A stretch of 63,290 nt of DNA, filler included, from Chiloscyllium plagiosum (lineage: Eukaryota): the NCBI RefSeq assembly GCF_004010195.1. It is 5 parts of one record of this genome, joined end to end, with 100 filler letters (N's around TTAATTAATTAA, not from the genome) between each part and the next. Parts side by side here need not be neighbours in the genome. Positions count along the whole stretch, not along the records: positions 11,190 to 40,627 come from NC_057712.1; 4 more parts are not named here. One strand, 5' to 3'. Under the pieces are notes generated by a model. The model was not told the DNA's origin. It saw nothing but the letters and a program-made list of their open reading frames with translations, and did not search any database. Position numbers and translations under genes: made by a program. Of this stretch, positions 25,545 to 38,162 are shown piece after piece. Every line of letters begins with the position of its first letter. The stretch's first letter is position 1.

Positions 25545-26342
25545 CTGAAAAATGTGTTGCTGGAAAAGTGCAGCAGGTCAGGCAGCATCCAAGGAATAGG
25601 AGAATCGACGTTTCGGGCATAAGGCCTTCTTCAGGAATGAGGAGGGTGTGCCAAACAGGCTAAGATAAAAGGTAGGGAGGAGGGAATTGGGGGAGGTGTG
25701 TTCGGAATGCGATAGATGGAAGGAGGTTAAGGTGAGGGTGAAAGGCCGGAGAGGGGGTGGGCGCGGAGAGGTCGGGGAGAAGATTGCAGNNNNNNNNNNN
25801 NNNNNNNNNNNNNNNNNNNNNNNNGTGTCCCAGAGGTGTTCTCTGAAACATTCCGCAAGTAGGCGGCCTGTCTCCCCAATGTAGAGGAGGCCACATCGGG
25901 TGCAGCGGATGCAGTAAATGATGTGTGTGGAGGTGCAGGTGAATTTGTGTCGGATATGGAAAGATCCCTTGGGGCCTTGGAGGGAAGTGAGGAGGGAGGT
26001 GTGGGCGCAAGTTTTGCATTTCTTGCGGTTGCAGGGGAAGGTGCCGGGAGTGGAGGTTGGGGGTCTGGACCTGACGAGGGAGTCGCGGAGGGAGTGGTCT
26101 TTCCAGAACGCTGATGGGGAGGGGAGGGGAGGGAAATATATCTTTGGTGGTGGGGTCTGTTTGGAGGTGGCGTAAATGACGAAGGATGATACGATGTATA
26201 TGGAGGTTGGTGGGGTGGTAGGTGAGGATCAGTGGGGTTCTGTCCTGGTGGTGATTGGAGGGGTGGGGTTCAAGGGCGGAGGGGCAGGAAGTGGAGGAGA
26301 TGCGGTGGAGAGAACATCAACCACGTCTGGGGGGAAATTGCG
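25545..26342 (-). mobile_element. Penelope-like element 3' part: Cys-rich linker, GIY-YIG endonuclease and pLTR
   Basis: Minus strand reads GTFPCNRKKCKTCAH...FTCTSTHIIYCIRCTRCGLLYIGETGRLLAECFREHL; hammerhead-like core at 25602-25638. Confidence 0.9.
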
Positions 26343-27269
26343 TCAGCAGTGCTAACCAGTGTGCCACCATGCCATTATATTACTCTGTGTGTAATTAATT
26401 GGTGTTGTTCTGTGAGTATTTGATTGGCATTGCTCTGTGAATAATTGATGGGTATCACACTGTGTGTAATTGATTGTATTGCTCTGTGTGTAATTGATTG
26501 ATATTGCTCTGCGGGTAATTCATTGGTTTTGCTGCATGTGTATTTCAAATGATATTGCTCTGTGAGTAATTTATTGGTATTGGTCTGTGAGTAATTGATT
26601 GGTATTGCCCTGTGAGTAATTGATTTGTATTTCTGTGAGTAATTGATTGATATTGCTCTGTGGCTAATTAATTGGTACTGCTTTCTCTCTGTGTAATTGA
26701 CTGGGATTGCTCTGTGTGAAAATGATTGGTAATGAACTGTGGGTCATTACTTACAATTGCTTTATGGGTAATTGATTGGTATTGCTCTATGGGTAATTGA
26801 TTGGTATTGCTATCTCTCAGTGTAATTGATCAGTATTGCCCTGTGTCTAATTGATTGGTTTTGCTCTTGAGTGTAATTGATTTGTATTGCTCTGTGGGTA
26901 GTTCGTTATATTACTCTGTGAGTAATTGATTGGTATTGTTCTGTGAGTATTTGATTGGCATTGTTCTGTGTGTAATTGATTGGTATTGCTCCCAGGGTAA
27001 TTAATTGCTGTTACTTTATGGGTAATTGATTAGTATTGCTCTATGATTAATTGATTGGTATTGCTTTCTCTGAGTGTAATTGATTGGTAGTGCTCTGTGT
27101 GCAATTGACTGGGATTGCTCTGTGTGTAGATGATTGGCATCGCGCTGTGGGTAATTAATTACTATTGCTTCATGAGTAATTGATTAGTACTGCTATCTGT
27201 CAGTGAAATTAATTGGTATTGCTCTGTGTGTAATTGGTTAGTATTGCCCTGTGTCTAATTGATTGGCAC

Positions 27270-27563
27270 TATAAGAAATTACTTATAGTGTGGAAACAGG
27301 CCCTTCAGCCCAACAGGTCCACACCAATCCTCTGAAGAGCAACCCACCCAGACCCATTCACCTAACACTATGGGCAATTTCGCATGGCCAATTCACCTAA
27401 CCTGTACATTTTTGGGCTATGAGAGGAAACCGGAGTACCTCCCACAGCTCACGCAGACTCGGGGAGAATGTGCAAACTCCACACAACAGTTGCCTGAGGT
27501 GGGAATTGAACCTGGGTCCCTGGCGCTGTGAGGCAGCAGTGCTAACCAGTGTGCCACCGTGCC
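27270..27563 (-). mobile_element. HE1-type SINE, near full length
   Basis: Minus-strand head ggcacggtggcacactggttagcactgctgcctcacagcgccagggacccaggttcaattcc. Confidence 0.88.
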
Positions 27564-30500
27564 ATTATATTACTCTGTGTGTAATTAATTGGTGTTGTTC
27601 TGTGAGTATTTGATTGGCATTGCTCTGTGAATAATTGATGGGTATCACACTGTGGGTAATTGATTGGTATTGCTCTGTGTGTAATTGATTGTATTGCTCT
27701 GTGTGTAATTGATTGATATTGCTCTGCGGGTAATTCATTGGTTTTGCTGCATGTGTATTTCAAATGATATTGCTCTGTGAGTAATTGATGGGTATCACAC
27801 TGTGGGTAATTGATTGGTATTGCTCTGTGCGTAGTTGATTAGTATTGCTCTGTGTGTAATTGATTGGTATTGCTCTGTGGTAATTCATTAATTTTGCTCT
27901 GTGTGTCATTGATTGGTGTTGCTCTGTGTGTCTTTGCTTGGTATAGCTCTGTGTGTAATTGATTGGTTTTGCTATGTGTGTAATTGATTGGTTTTGCTAT
28001 GTGTGTAATTGATTGGTTTTGCTATGTGAGCAATTAATTTGCATTTCTGTGTGTAATTGATTGGTATTGCTCTGTGTGTCATTGATTGGTATTGCTCTAT
28101 GTGTAATTGATTGGTTTTGCTCTATGTGTAATTGATTGGTATTGCTCTGTGAGCAATTAATTTGCATTTCTGTGTGTAATTGATTCGTATTGCTCTGTGT
28201 GTAATTGATTGGTATTGCTCTATGTGTAATTGATTGGTTTTGCTCTGTGAGCAATTAATTTGCATTTCTGTGTGTAATTGATTCGTATTGCTCTGTGTGT
28301 AATTGATTGGTATTGCTCGATGTGTAATTGATTAGTATTGCTTGATGTGTAATTGATTGGTATTGCTCTGTGGATAATTGATTGCTATTGTCCTGTGAGT
28401 AAGTGATTAGTATTACTCTGTGAGTAATTGATTGGTATTGCTCTGTGAGTAACTGATTGGTCTTGCCTGTGTGTAATTGATTGGAATTGCTCTGTGGGTA
28501 ATTGGTTGGTAGTTCTTTGGTATTACTCTGTGAGTAATTAATTGGAATTAGTTGTGTGTAACTGATTGGTTTTGCTGTGTGTAATTGCTTGGTATTGCTG
28601 TGTATGTAATTGATTGGTATTGCTCTGTGTGTAATTGATTGGTTTTGCTGTATGTGTAATTGATTGGTTTTGCTCTGTGTGTAATCATTGGTATTACTCC
28701 GTGCGTAATTGATTGGTATTGCTCTGTAGGTAATTCATTAATTTTGCTCTGTGGGTAATTGATTCACATTGCTCTGTGTGTAATTGATTGGTATTGCTCT
28801 GTGGCTAATACATTAATTTTGCTCTATGGGTAATTGATTGGTTTTGCTCTGTGTGTAATTCATTGGTTTTGCTCTGTGGGTAATTGATTGGTATTGCCCT
28901 GTGGGTAATTCATTGGTTTTGCTCTGTGGGTAATTTATTGGTATTGCCCTGTGGGTAGTTCATTGTATTACTCTGGGAGTAATTGATTGGTATTGCTGTG
29001 TGTGTAATTCAAATGGTATTGCTCTGTGAGTAATTGATTGGTATTGCTCTGTGAGTAATTAATTAGTACTGCTTTCTCTCTGTGTAATTGACTGGGATTG
29101 CTCTGTGTGTAATTGATTGGTAATGTTCTCTCTGTGAGTAATTGCTTAATATTGCACTGTGTGATGTGAATTGATTGGTGTTGCTCTGTGTGTAAATGAT
29201 TGGTATTTCTTTGAGTGATTGATTGGTATTGCTCTATGCGTAATTGAATTATTTTGCACAGTCAGTACTTTCTATTGCTTTGTGAGTGTTTGATTGGTGT
29301 TGAAGTGTGAGTAATTGATTGGTGTTGCACTGTGAGTACTTGATTGGTATTACTCTGTGAGTAATTGATTGGTGTTGCTCTGTGTGTAAATAATTGATTT
29401 TCTTGAGTAATTGATTGGTATCGCTCTGTGCGTAATTGGTATTGCTCTGTGCTTAATTGAATAGTATTGCTCTGTGGGTAATTGATTGATATTGCTCTGT
29501 GTGTAATTGATTGGTATTGCTCTGTGTATAATTGATTGGTATTGCTCTGTGTGCAATTGTTTGGTAATTCTCTGTGAGTAATCAAGTGGCAATGCATTGT
29601 GTGTAATTGATTAGTATTTCTTTCTGTGTAATTGATTGGCATTGCCCTCTCTATGAGTAATTAATTGTTTTTTTCCCTGTGGGTGATTGATTGGTAATGC
29701 TCTGTGTGTAATTGGCTGGTATTTCTCTCTCTGTGAGTAATTGATTGGTATTGCTCTGTGTGTGAATGCTTGATATTTCTTTGAGTGATTGATTGGTATT
29801 GTTATGTGCGTAATTGAATAGTATTGCTCTGTGGGTACTTGATTGGTATTGCTCTGTTGGTAGTTGATTAGTATTGCTCTGTGAGTAATTGAATTATTTA
29901 GTTCAGCGAGTAATTCCTATTGTTTTGTGAGTTCTTGATTGGTGTTACACTGTGAGTAATTGATTGGTATTGTGCTGTGAGTAATTGATTGGCATTGCTC
30001 TGTGAGTAATTGACTGGTATTGCTCTGTGTGTAACGGGTAATGTTCTCTCTGTGAGTAATTGCTTAATATTGCTATGTGTCTAATTGATTGATAATGCTC
30101 TGAGTAAATGATTGGTCTTGCTCTGTATATAAATGGTTGATATTTCTTTGAGTAATTGATTGATATTGCTCTGTGCGTGATTGGTATTGCACTGTGTGCA
30201 ATTTCTTGGTAATTCTCTGTGAGTAATCAATTGATAATGCATTGCTCTGTGTGTAATTGATTGGTATTTCTCTCTGAGGAATTAATTGGTATTGCCCTCT
30301 CTGTGAGTAATTGATTGGTTTTTCTCTGTGGGTGATTGATTGGTAATGTTCTGCATGTAATTGACTGATATTTCTCTCTCTGTAATTAATTGATTGGTAT
30401 TGCTCTGTGTGTATTTGATTAGTAATGCTTTGTCTGTAATTGACTGGTATTTCTCTCTCTGTGAGTAATTTATTGGTATTGCTCTGTGTGTAATTGATTA

Positions 30501-30744
30501 GTAATGCTTTGTCTGTAATTGACTGGTATTTCTCTCTCTGTGGGTAATTGATTGGTATTGCTCTGTGTGTAACTTATTAGTATTGTTCCATCTGTATCAG
30601 TGTTTGGTATTGATCTCTCTGCAAAAGTGTTTGCTTTGCTCTCTTTGTAATTACATAGCTTCGTCTCCATAATATTTTGATCATTCTCTAGCTGTGTAAC
30701 TGTGCGGTACTATTCTGTCTATACATATGTTTGGTGTTACTCTT

Positions 30745-32830
30745 GTTTATTTATTCTCTCATGCGATGTGGGCATCCGTGGCTGTGCCCAGCTTTTATTT
30801 CCCATTCCTAGTTGCTCTTGAGAAGGTGGTAGTGAGCTGCCTTTGAACTGCTGCAGTCCATGTGCAGTAGGCTGACCCACAATGCCATTAGATCAGGAAT
30901 TCCAGCCTCATGAGCCAGAATACATTGAAGGAACGGTGACATATTTCCAAGTCAGGACGATGGCAACTTGCAGGTGGTGTTGTTCCCATGTATCTGCTGC
31001 TCTTGTCCTTCTAGACGGACAAAATGTGTTTGGAAGGTGGTGTGTAAGGAACCATGGTGAATTTCTGCAGTGCGTCTCTGAATGAATATTTTTCATCACT
31101 GTGCACACTGGAAAAAGACAATGTTGTCAAGGAGAATACTGAGATGCAGGCTACTAGATTAGATTGGATTGAGGATCACAAGGAGGAAGTGTTAGCAATT
31201 CAAGAAAGTGTAAAAATAGATAAGTCCCCTGGGTCGGATGGAATTTATTCTAAGATTCTCTAGGAAGCCAGGGAGGAGATTGCCATGCCTTTTGCTTTGA
31301 TATTTATGTCTTTGTCTACTGGAATACTGCCAGAAGACTGGAGGATAGCAGATGTTGTTCCCTTGTTCAAGAAGGGGAGTAGAGACAACCCTGGTAATTA
31401 TAGATTAGTGAGCCTTACTTCTGTTGTAGGTAAAATGTTAGAAAAGGCTATAAGAGATAGGATTTATAATCATCTAGTCAATGCAATTTTATAAAGGGTA
31501 GGTCATGTCTCACAAACCTTATTGAGTTCTTTGAGAAGGTGACCAAACAGGTGGATGAGGGTAAAGTGGTTGATGTGGTGTATATGGATTGATAAGGTTG
31601 TATAAGGCGTTTGATAAGGTTCCCCAAAATATGGAGGCATGGGATTGAGGATAATTTAGCAGTTTGGATCAGAAATTGGGTAGATGAAAGTAAACATAGT
31701 GTGGTGGTTGATGGGAAATATTCATCCTGGAGTTCAGTTACTAGTGGTGTACCACAAGGATCTGTTTTGGGTCCACTGCTGTTTGTCATTTTTATAAATG
31801 ACCTGGATGAGGGCGTAGAAGGATGGACTAGTAAATTTGCAGATGACACTAAGGTCGGTAGAGTTGTGGATAGTGCTGAAGGATGTTGTAGGTTACTGAG
31901 GAACATAGATGAGCTGCAGATCTGGGCTGAGAGGTGGCAAATGGAGTTTAATGTGGAAAAATGTAAAGTGATTCACTTTGGAAGGAGTAACAGGAATGCA
32001 GAGTACTGGGCTAATGGTAAGATTCTTGGCTGTGTGGATGAGCAGAGAGATCTCGGTGTCCATGTACATAGATCCCTGAAAGTTGCTATCCAGGTTGATA
32101 GGGTCGTTAAGAAGGCATACATTGTGTTAGCGTTTATTAGTAGAAGGATTGACTTTCGGAACCATGAGGTCATACTGCAGCTGTACAAAACTCTGGTGTG
32201 GCTGCATTTGGAACACTGTGTACAGTTCTGGTTACCGCATTATAGGAAGGATGTGGAAGTTTTGGAAAGGATTCAGAGGAGATTTACTAGGATACTGTCT
32301 GGTATGGAGGGAAGGTCCTACGAGGGACTTGAGGCTGCTTTCGTTAGAGAGAAGAAGGTTGAGGTGACTTAATTGAGACATATAAGATAATCAGAGGGTT
32401 AGATAGGTTGGACAGTGAGAGCCTTTTTCCTCAGATGGTGATGACTAGCACGAGGAGGCATAGCTTTAAATTGAGGGGTAATAGATATAGGACAGATGTC
32501 AGGGTAATTTCTTTACTCATAGCAGTAAAGGCGTGGAATGCACTGCCTGCAATAGTACTAGTAGAATCGCCAACTTTAAGGGCATTTAAATGGTCTTTGG
32601 ACAGACATAGGGGCGAAAATGGAATAGTGTAGGTTAGATGGGCTTCAGATTGGTTTTACAGGTCAGCGCAACATTGAGGGCTGAAGGGCCTGTATTGTGC
32701 TGTAATATTCTATGTTCTCCATCTTGTAAATGGTACACACTGCTGCTACTGAGCATTGGTGGTCAAGGGAGTGGATATGATGGCAATCAAATGGGCTTTG
32801 TCCTCTCAAGCTTTGTGAATTCCTGAACTG
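30745..32830 (-). mobile_element. Old L2-like LINE 3' region (30745-31075 and 32719-32830), split by a CR1
   Basis: Tail shared with the SacSINE-like SINE; sequence resumes after the CR1 (ctgcagtgc...catcttgtaaatggtacacactgctgc). Confidence 0.55.
31075..32718 (+). mobile_element. CR1 LINE, 5'-truncated RT
   Basis: KSPGSDGIY; PLFKKGSRDNPGNYR; SGVPQGSVLGPLLF; FADDTK; ttctatgttct tail. Confidence 0.95.
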
Positions 32831-33714
32831 TTATTGTGTAATTATTTGGCATTACAACCAATTGAAAACCAATTGTTTTGTTGCTACACTGTCTCACTGT
32901 TTCTCTGTGTAATTGATTAGGATTGCTCTTTCATTGTTAGTGTTTGTTATTGTTCTGACTGTGCAATCATTTGGTATTATTCTGTGGTAATTGATTGGCA
33001 TTTGTCTCCCTGTGTAATCACTTGGTGTTGATCTCTCTCTGTGTAATTGTTTTGTAAGCCCTCTCACCTTTAATTATTGTCTGTGTAATTGATCTTGTTC
33101 AGTCTTTGTAATGGTTTGCTATTTCTCTATCTGTGTATTGCTTCCCATTGCTCTGTCTGAATAATTGCCTGGTAATGTTGTGTCTGTGTATTGCTCTGTG
33201 TGTTATTTCCCTCTCGCTCTTGTTCTCTGTGTAATTGTTATTGTTCTCTCTTTCACTCTGCAGTTGGTGCTTGCCTGCTTTATATAATTTTGCTGTTAGC
33301 ACTCTCTGTAATTACATCTGTCATTACTCTTTTGAGTATTTATTATCACACTCCCTCGTTCTCTAATTATTAGTTATTTCTATTCCTCCCCCAATGTTTT
33401 GAATTCTCGCTCAGTGTTTGTGATTGTTATGTGTGTAATTGATTATTCCTGTCCACTCCCTCACCCTCTGTGCTGGCCTCTGTATTCAGCTGTCATTATT
33501 CACTCTCTCTGTAATGGTTATTACCCTGCTCCTTTGCTAATTATTCTTTATTTCCCCTCTCTCCCTCATTTTATTTGTTCTTTGTCTGTAATTAGTTTAT
33601 AACTCTCTCTCTCTCTGTATTTTGTTCTTGCTTTCCTTCCGTTATTCTTTGCTCTCACATTCTCTCACTATTTATGGTGCTTGAGATCACTTTCTCTATA
33701 TTTATTTGTTCTTG

Positions 33715-35515
33715 TCCTAGTCTACAGCACAGCAAAAGGCCCTTCAATAACAACCATCTAACTATTCTAATCCTTTTTCCCTCATATGGCTGATGGAATC
33801 TGTGGTCTGTTCTCACTTTCTCCTCACACCTTTTGATCTCCTTAGCCCAAAGAACTGTATCTAACTCATTTTCAATTCTTTGGCTTCAAACACTTTCTGT
33901 GTCAGAGAATTTCACAGGCTCCCCACTCTCTGGGTGAAGACATTCCTCCTCATCTCAGTCCTCAGTGGTACCTATCCACATCCGTAAACTGTGACCCCTG
34001 GTTCTGAACTGCCTGGTCATCAGGACCATCCTTCCAGTGTTTACCCTGTCTAGCTCAGTTAGAATTTTATAGAGTGCTATGAGATCGCCCCCACATCCTT
34101 CTAAGCTCCAGTGAATACAATTCTGATCAATCCAGTCTCTCATCATACAACAGTCCTGCCATCTCAGGAATCAGTCTGGTAAACCTTTGCTGTGCTCCCC
34201 CCAATGCCTGAACGTCCTTCCTCAGATAAGGAGACCAATACTCCAGGTGTGGTCTCACCAGAGTCCCGTATCATTGCAGCAAGACATCTCTGTTTGTGTG
34301 CTTGAATCCTCTCACTATGAAGGGCAAACTTATCTTTTCTGTTCTTCACTGTCTGCCTGCTTACTTTCAGGGACGAATATACAAGGAAAGCCAGATCTCA
34401 TTGCACTTTCTGTTTCCAAATGCACCGTCACTCAGGCAATAATCTGCCTTCTAGCTTTTTCTACCAAAGTGGACAATCACACATTTATATACATTAAACT
34501 TCATCTGCCATGCATTCGCTCACTCACTCAAATTGTCCAAATCGTAGTGAAGCGTTTCTGCATACTTTCCCACTCAATCCTGTGTCATCTGCAAATGCAG
34601 AGATATTACACTCAGCTCCCTCCTCTAAACCATTAATATATGTTGTGATTAGCTGGGATCCAAGATCTGATCCTTACAGGTCACTGTCTCTCAAATGGAA
34701 AAAGACCTGTTTATTCCTACTGAGTTTGAGTTTTGAGGGGGGGGGTCACCAGACACAACGTTAACTCTGATTTCTCTTCACAGATGCTGCCAGACCTGCT
34801 GAGCTTTTCCAGGCTTCAGTTTTTGTTTATTCTTACTGTTTGTTTCCTGTTGACCAACTATTTCTCTATCCATTATCAGTATTCTACCCTTAATCCCATT
34901 CACTTTAATTTTACACTCTAATCTCTTATTGAAAAAGTTCTGATAGTCCAAGTAAACCACTATCAACTGGCTCCCTCTTATCAACTCCATTAGTTACACC
35001 TTTGAAAGTTCCCAGGAGATTTTTGAAGATTGATTTCCTTGTTGTAAATCCACGCTGACTCTGTTTGGTCCTGTCACTGTTTTCCAAGTGACTCTGTTAT
35101 TCAATCTTTTATAAATAGTCTCTGACATTTTCCCCACTATCACTGTCAGACTAACTGATCCAAAATCCCATGTTTTCTCTGTACTTCCTTTTTTTAAATA
35201 GAAGGGTTACATTAGCTACCCTTTTATCCATTGGAACTGTTCCAGAGTACATAGAATCTTAAAAAGATAACCATCCACTATTTATAGCACCACTTCCTTA
35301 AGTACTCAGGGATGCAGACAATTGGATTGGACGGATTTATCTGCCTCTAATTCCAACAATTTCCCCAATACCATTATCCCACTAATACTGAGGTCCTTCG
35401 GTTCCTCTCTCTCACTAAACCCTACATTTGCCAATAGCTTTGGGATGTTATTTGGAATTTATCTTTGTGAAGATGGAACTGAAGTGTGCATTTAATTGGT
35501 CTGCCATCTCTTCGC
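33715..35515 (-). mobile_element. Degenerate CR1 LINE RT region, with a PLE tail inserted at about 34725-34830
   Basis: GDLIALYKILTELDRV; VVYLDYQNFFNK; RTRGHSLR. Confidence 0.8.
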
Positions 35516-35539
35516 TCTTTGTAATTACAGAGTGAGACA

Positions 35540-35632
35540 ATAAGAGAGAGAGAAAGAGAGAGGGGGAGAGAGAGAACAAGACAATCCATTACAGAGAGAG
35601 AGAGAGAGTGAGAGAGAGAGAGAGAGAGAGCA
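35540..35632. repeat. (GA)n microsatellite
   Basis: Direct observation. Confidence 0.85.
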
Positions 35633-36511
35633 GAGGAATAAACAATGACACAAACACAGGGAGAATAACTACTTGGCCTAGGGAGTTTCAATTCTGAAGA
35701 GAGATTCTCCTACTGATTGAGAATCTGTCTTGTCCACACCCCCCTCCATCGCTATTACATCCCTCCTCTAATGTACATTCCAGGACTCCCCTGGGGATGT
35801 TTCAGGGAGCCAGAGTTTTGAATCCTGTCATCCTAACGTGGTCTGGCCCCAGCAAAGTGTTTGCTTCTCAACTGCCCCTGGGAAGTATGGGATCAGGAAT
35901 AAATGCTGGCCCAGACAGTGATATCAACACCCAATAAATATACAAAAATAAATCTCGCTCTATAATTGCCATTGTCTCTCTCTGTAATTATTTGCCATTT
36001 CAACAGAGCTTTACATATCTGTAATTGTTCTTGCTCTCTCGCTAATTGTTTATTACTGTGCTTAGTCTCTGCAATTGCTTTTTCATAGCTCTGTGATAGT
36101 GTAATTAATTATTACTACACCCTGTCTCTGTAATTGCATGTTACATTACAGTTCTCTCTGTGTAATTGTTGATTTATGTGCATGTTGACTGTAGTTGTTC
36201 TTTCCAGCTCTCTCTGTGTTATTGTCTTGATTCTTTCATTGTTTCTTGCAACTCTCTCTCTCTCTCTCTGTGATGGTTTCCTACTGTGCTGTGTCTGTAC
36301 TTGTTTGCTTAAATCCCTCTGTTTGTGTAGTTGTATATTAACGTATTCTGGCTCCACACTTTTTACAGCTCTGTTGGGTTGAGCAATTATTTATTGTGGC
36401 ATTTTGTCTCTGTGGTTATTGATTCCTGTGCTGTCTGTCTCTGTAATTGCTAATTACTGTCCTGTCTTTAATTGTTTGTTACAGCTGTCTCTGTTTGTGG
36501 AATTGTTAATT

Positions 36512-37426
36512 ACGATGCGAACACGACCATTACACGTGGCGACACCACCCACCTTGTATGTAACAGGTACTCATGTGAACATTGTCTGCCTCATATGTTG
36601 CAGGCAAGGATGCCCTGAGGCATGGTACATTGGCGAGACCAAGCAGAGGCCACAGCAATGGATGAATGGGCACCGCACAACAATCAACAGACAGTAGGGT
36701 TCCCTCCAGTCGGAGAACACTTCAGCAGTCCAGGATATTCAACCTCGGACCTTCGGGTGACTCTCCTCCAAGGCAGACTTCAGGACAGACAACAATGCAA
36801 AGTGGCCAAGCAGAGGCTGATAGCCAAGTTTGGTACCCATTGGGATGGCCTCATGTCACACTACAGGTGACCCCACTGCACTACACACTCACACAGACAC
36901 ATACGGACACAACTCACACATACACACACTCCTACAGACACACACACTCACGCAGACCTCTTATATACAAGCTTTCTCTCATACGCTCACACATACACAC
37001 CCACAGTCACACCGTTTACACTCACACTCGCACACATATACACACTTTCTCACAGGCACTCATACAAACCACCACCACCCACCCCCGCCCACACACACAC
37101 ATTCACTTGAGAATGTAACTTTTTTAAAAGGTCCTGGAATTTACATACGAAAGAACTGAAACCAACATGATCATTCTAAAAGATGACAGATTAACAAACA
37201 ATCTAGGTCTTTTTCAATATATAATTTCAGTTACATCACACTGTAAACTTTTGTAAATTGTTTGTAAAAGTTGTAAATTCTGTACCCTATGATCTTACAC
37301 TCCACAACCATCTGATCAAGGAGCAGCGCTCTGAAAGCTAGTGCTTCCAAATAAACCTGTTGGACTATAACCTGGTGTTGTGTGATTTTTAACTTTGTAC
37401 ACCCCAGTCCAACACCAGCATCTCAA
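36512..37426 (+). mobile_element. Penelope-like element 3' end (second family): GIY-YIG domain and pLTR
   Basis: NIVCLICCRQGCPEAWYIGETKQRPQQWMNGHR; PVGEHFS; RLIAKFGT; degenerate hammerhead core CTGATCA-a-GGAGC-agc-GCTCT-GAAA-gcta at 37312-37340; AATAAA downstream. Confidence 0.88.
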
Positions 37427-38162
37427 TGTTATGCTATCTCTGTAATTGTTTTCTGTAACTGTTTTTTTACAGTTCTCTCCGTTTGTGTTATTTATTACTG
37501 CACTTTAAGTAATGGTTAGTTCTCTAATTGTGTTTTTTTATTACTGCACTGTCTGTATAATTATATGTACAGTGTTTTGTTTGTGTAACTGCTTCTTATT
37601 CTGCTCTCCTTCTCTCTGTCATTGTTTGTGATTGGTCTTTCTCGCTTTTTATCTGTAATTGTTTATTCCTGTGCTCTCTGTATCTGTATTGGTTTATTAC
37701 TGTGTTATCTCTGTAATTGCTTGTTACAGCTCTCTCTCTCTTACTTGTTCAACTGTTTATTACTGTAATTGTTATTACAGTTCTCTCTGTTTAATTGTTT
37801 GATACTGCTGTCTGTCTCTGTAATTGTGCTGTATCTATCTATTTGTGGAATTGTTAATTATGACGCTATCTCTGTAATAATTTGTTACAGTTCTCTCTGT
37901 TGTGTATTTGTTTAATACTGTGTAGTGTTTCTGTTTGTTACAGCTGTTTGTGTAATTGATTTTACTCTGCTCTCCACTCTGTCTGCCATTGGCTGTGACT
38001 TTCTCTCTCTATCTCTTTGCAATTTTTTTATTCATGTGATATCCCTTTTTAAATGTTTGCTTTTCCTTTCAATCTCATTGTAGTTCTTTTTTCACCCCTC
38101 AGCTGCTTGTTTTTGCTTTCTCTATCTCCAATGGCTTTTCAGCCCATTACCTTCACCTTAAT

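Larger units (their letters stand above)
14060..30620. repeat. Large satellite array, 25-bp unit (GTAATTGATTGGTATTGCTCTGTGA), with interspersed retroelements
   Basis: Hundreds of tandem diverged copies; it explains all the QSNTNQLLTEQYQSITHRAIPINY ORFs. Confidence 0.97.

Noticed and set aside
27480..27563. tRNA gene
   Set aside because: The A/B boxes belong to a SINE head that continues into SINE body and tail; the same applies to the other SINE copies.
14060..30620. CRISPR-like array or repetitive protein gene (QSNTNQ... ORFs)
   Set aside because: The units are contiguous with no unique spacers and there are no cas genes. The 25-bp period is not a multiple of 3, and the frames are full of stops.
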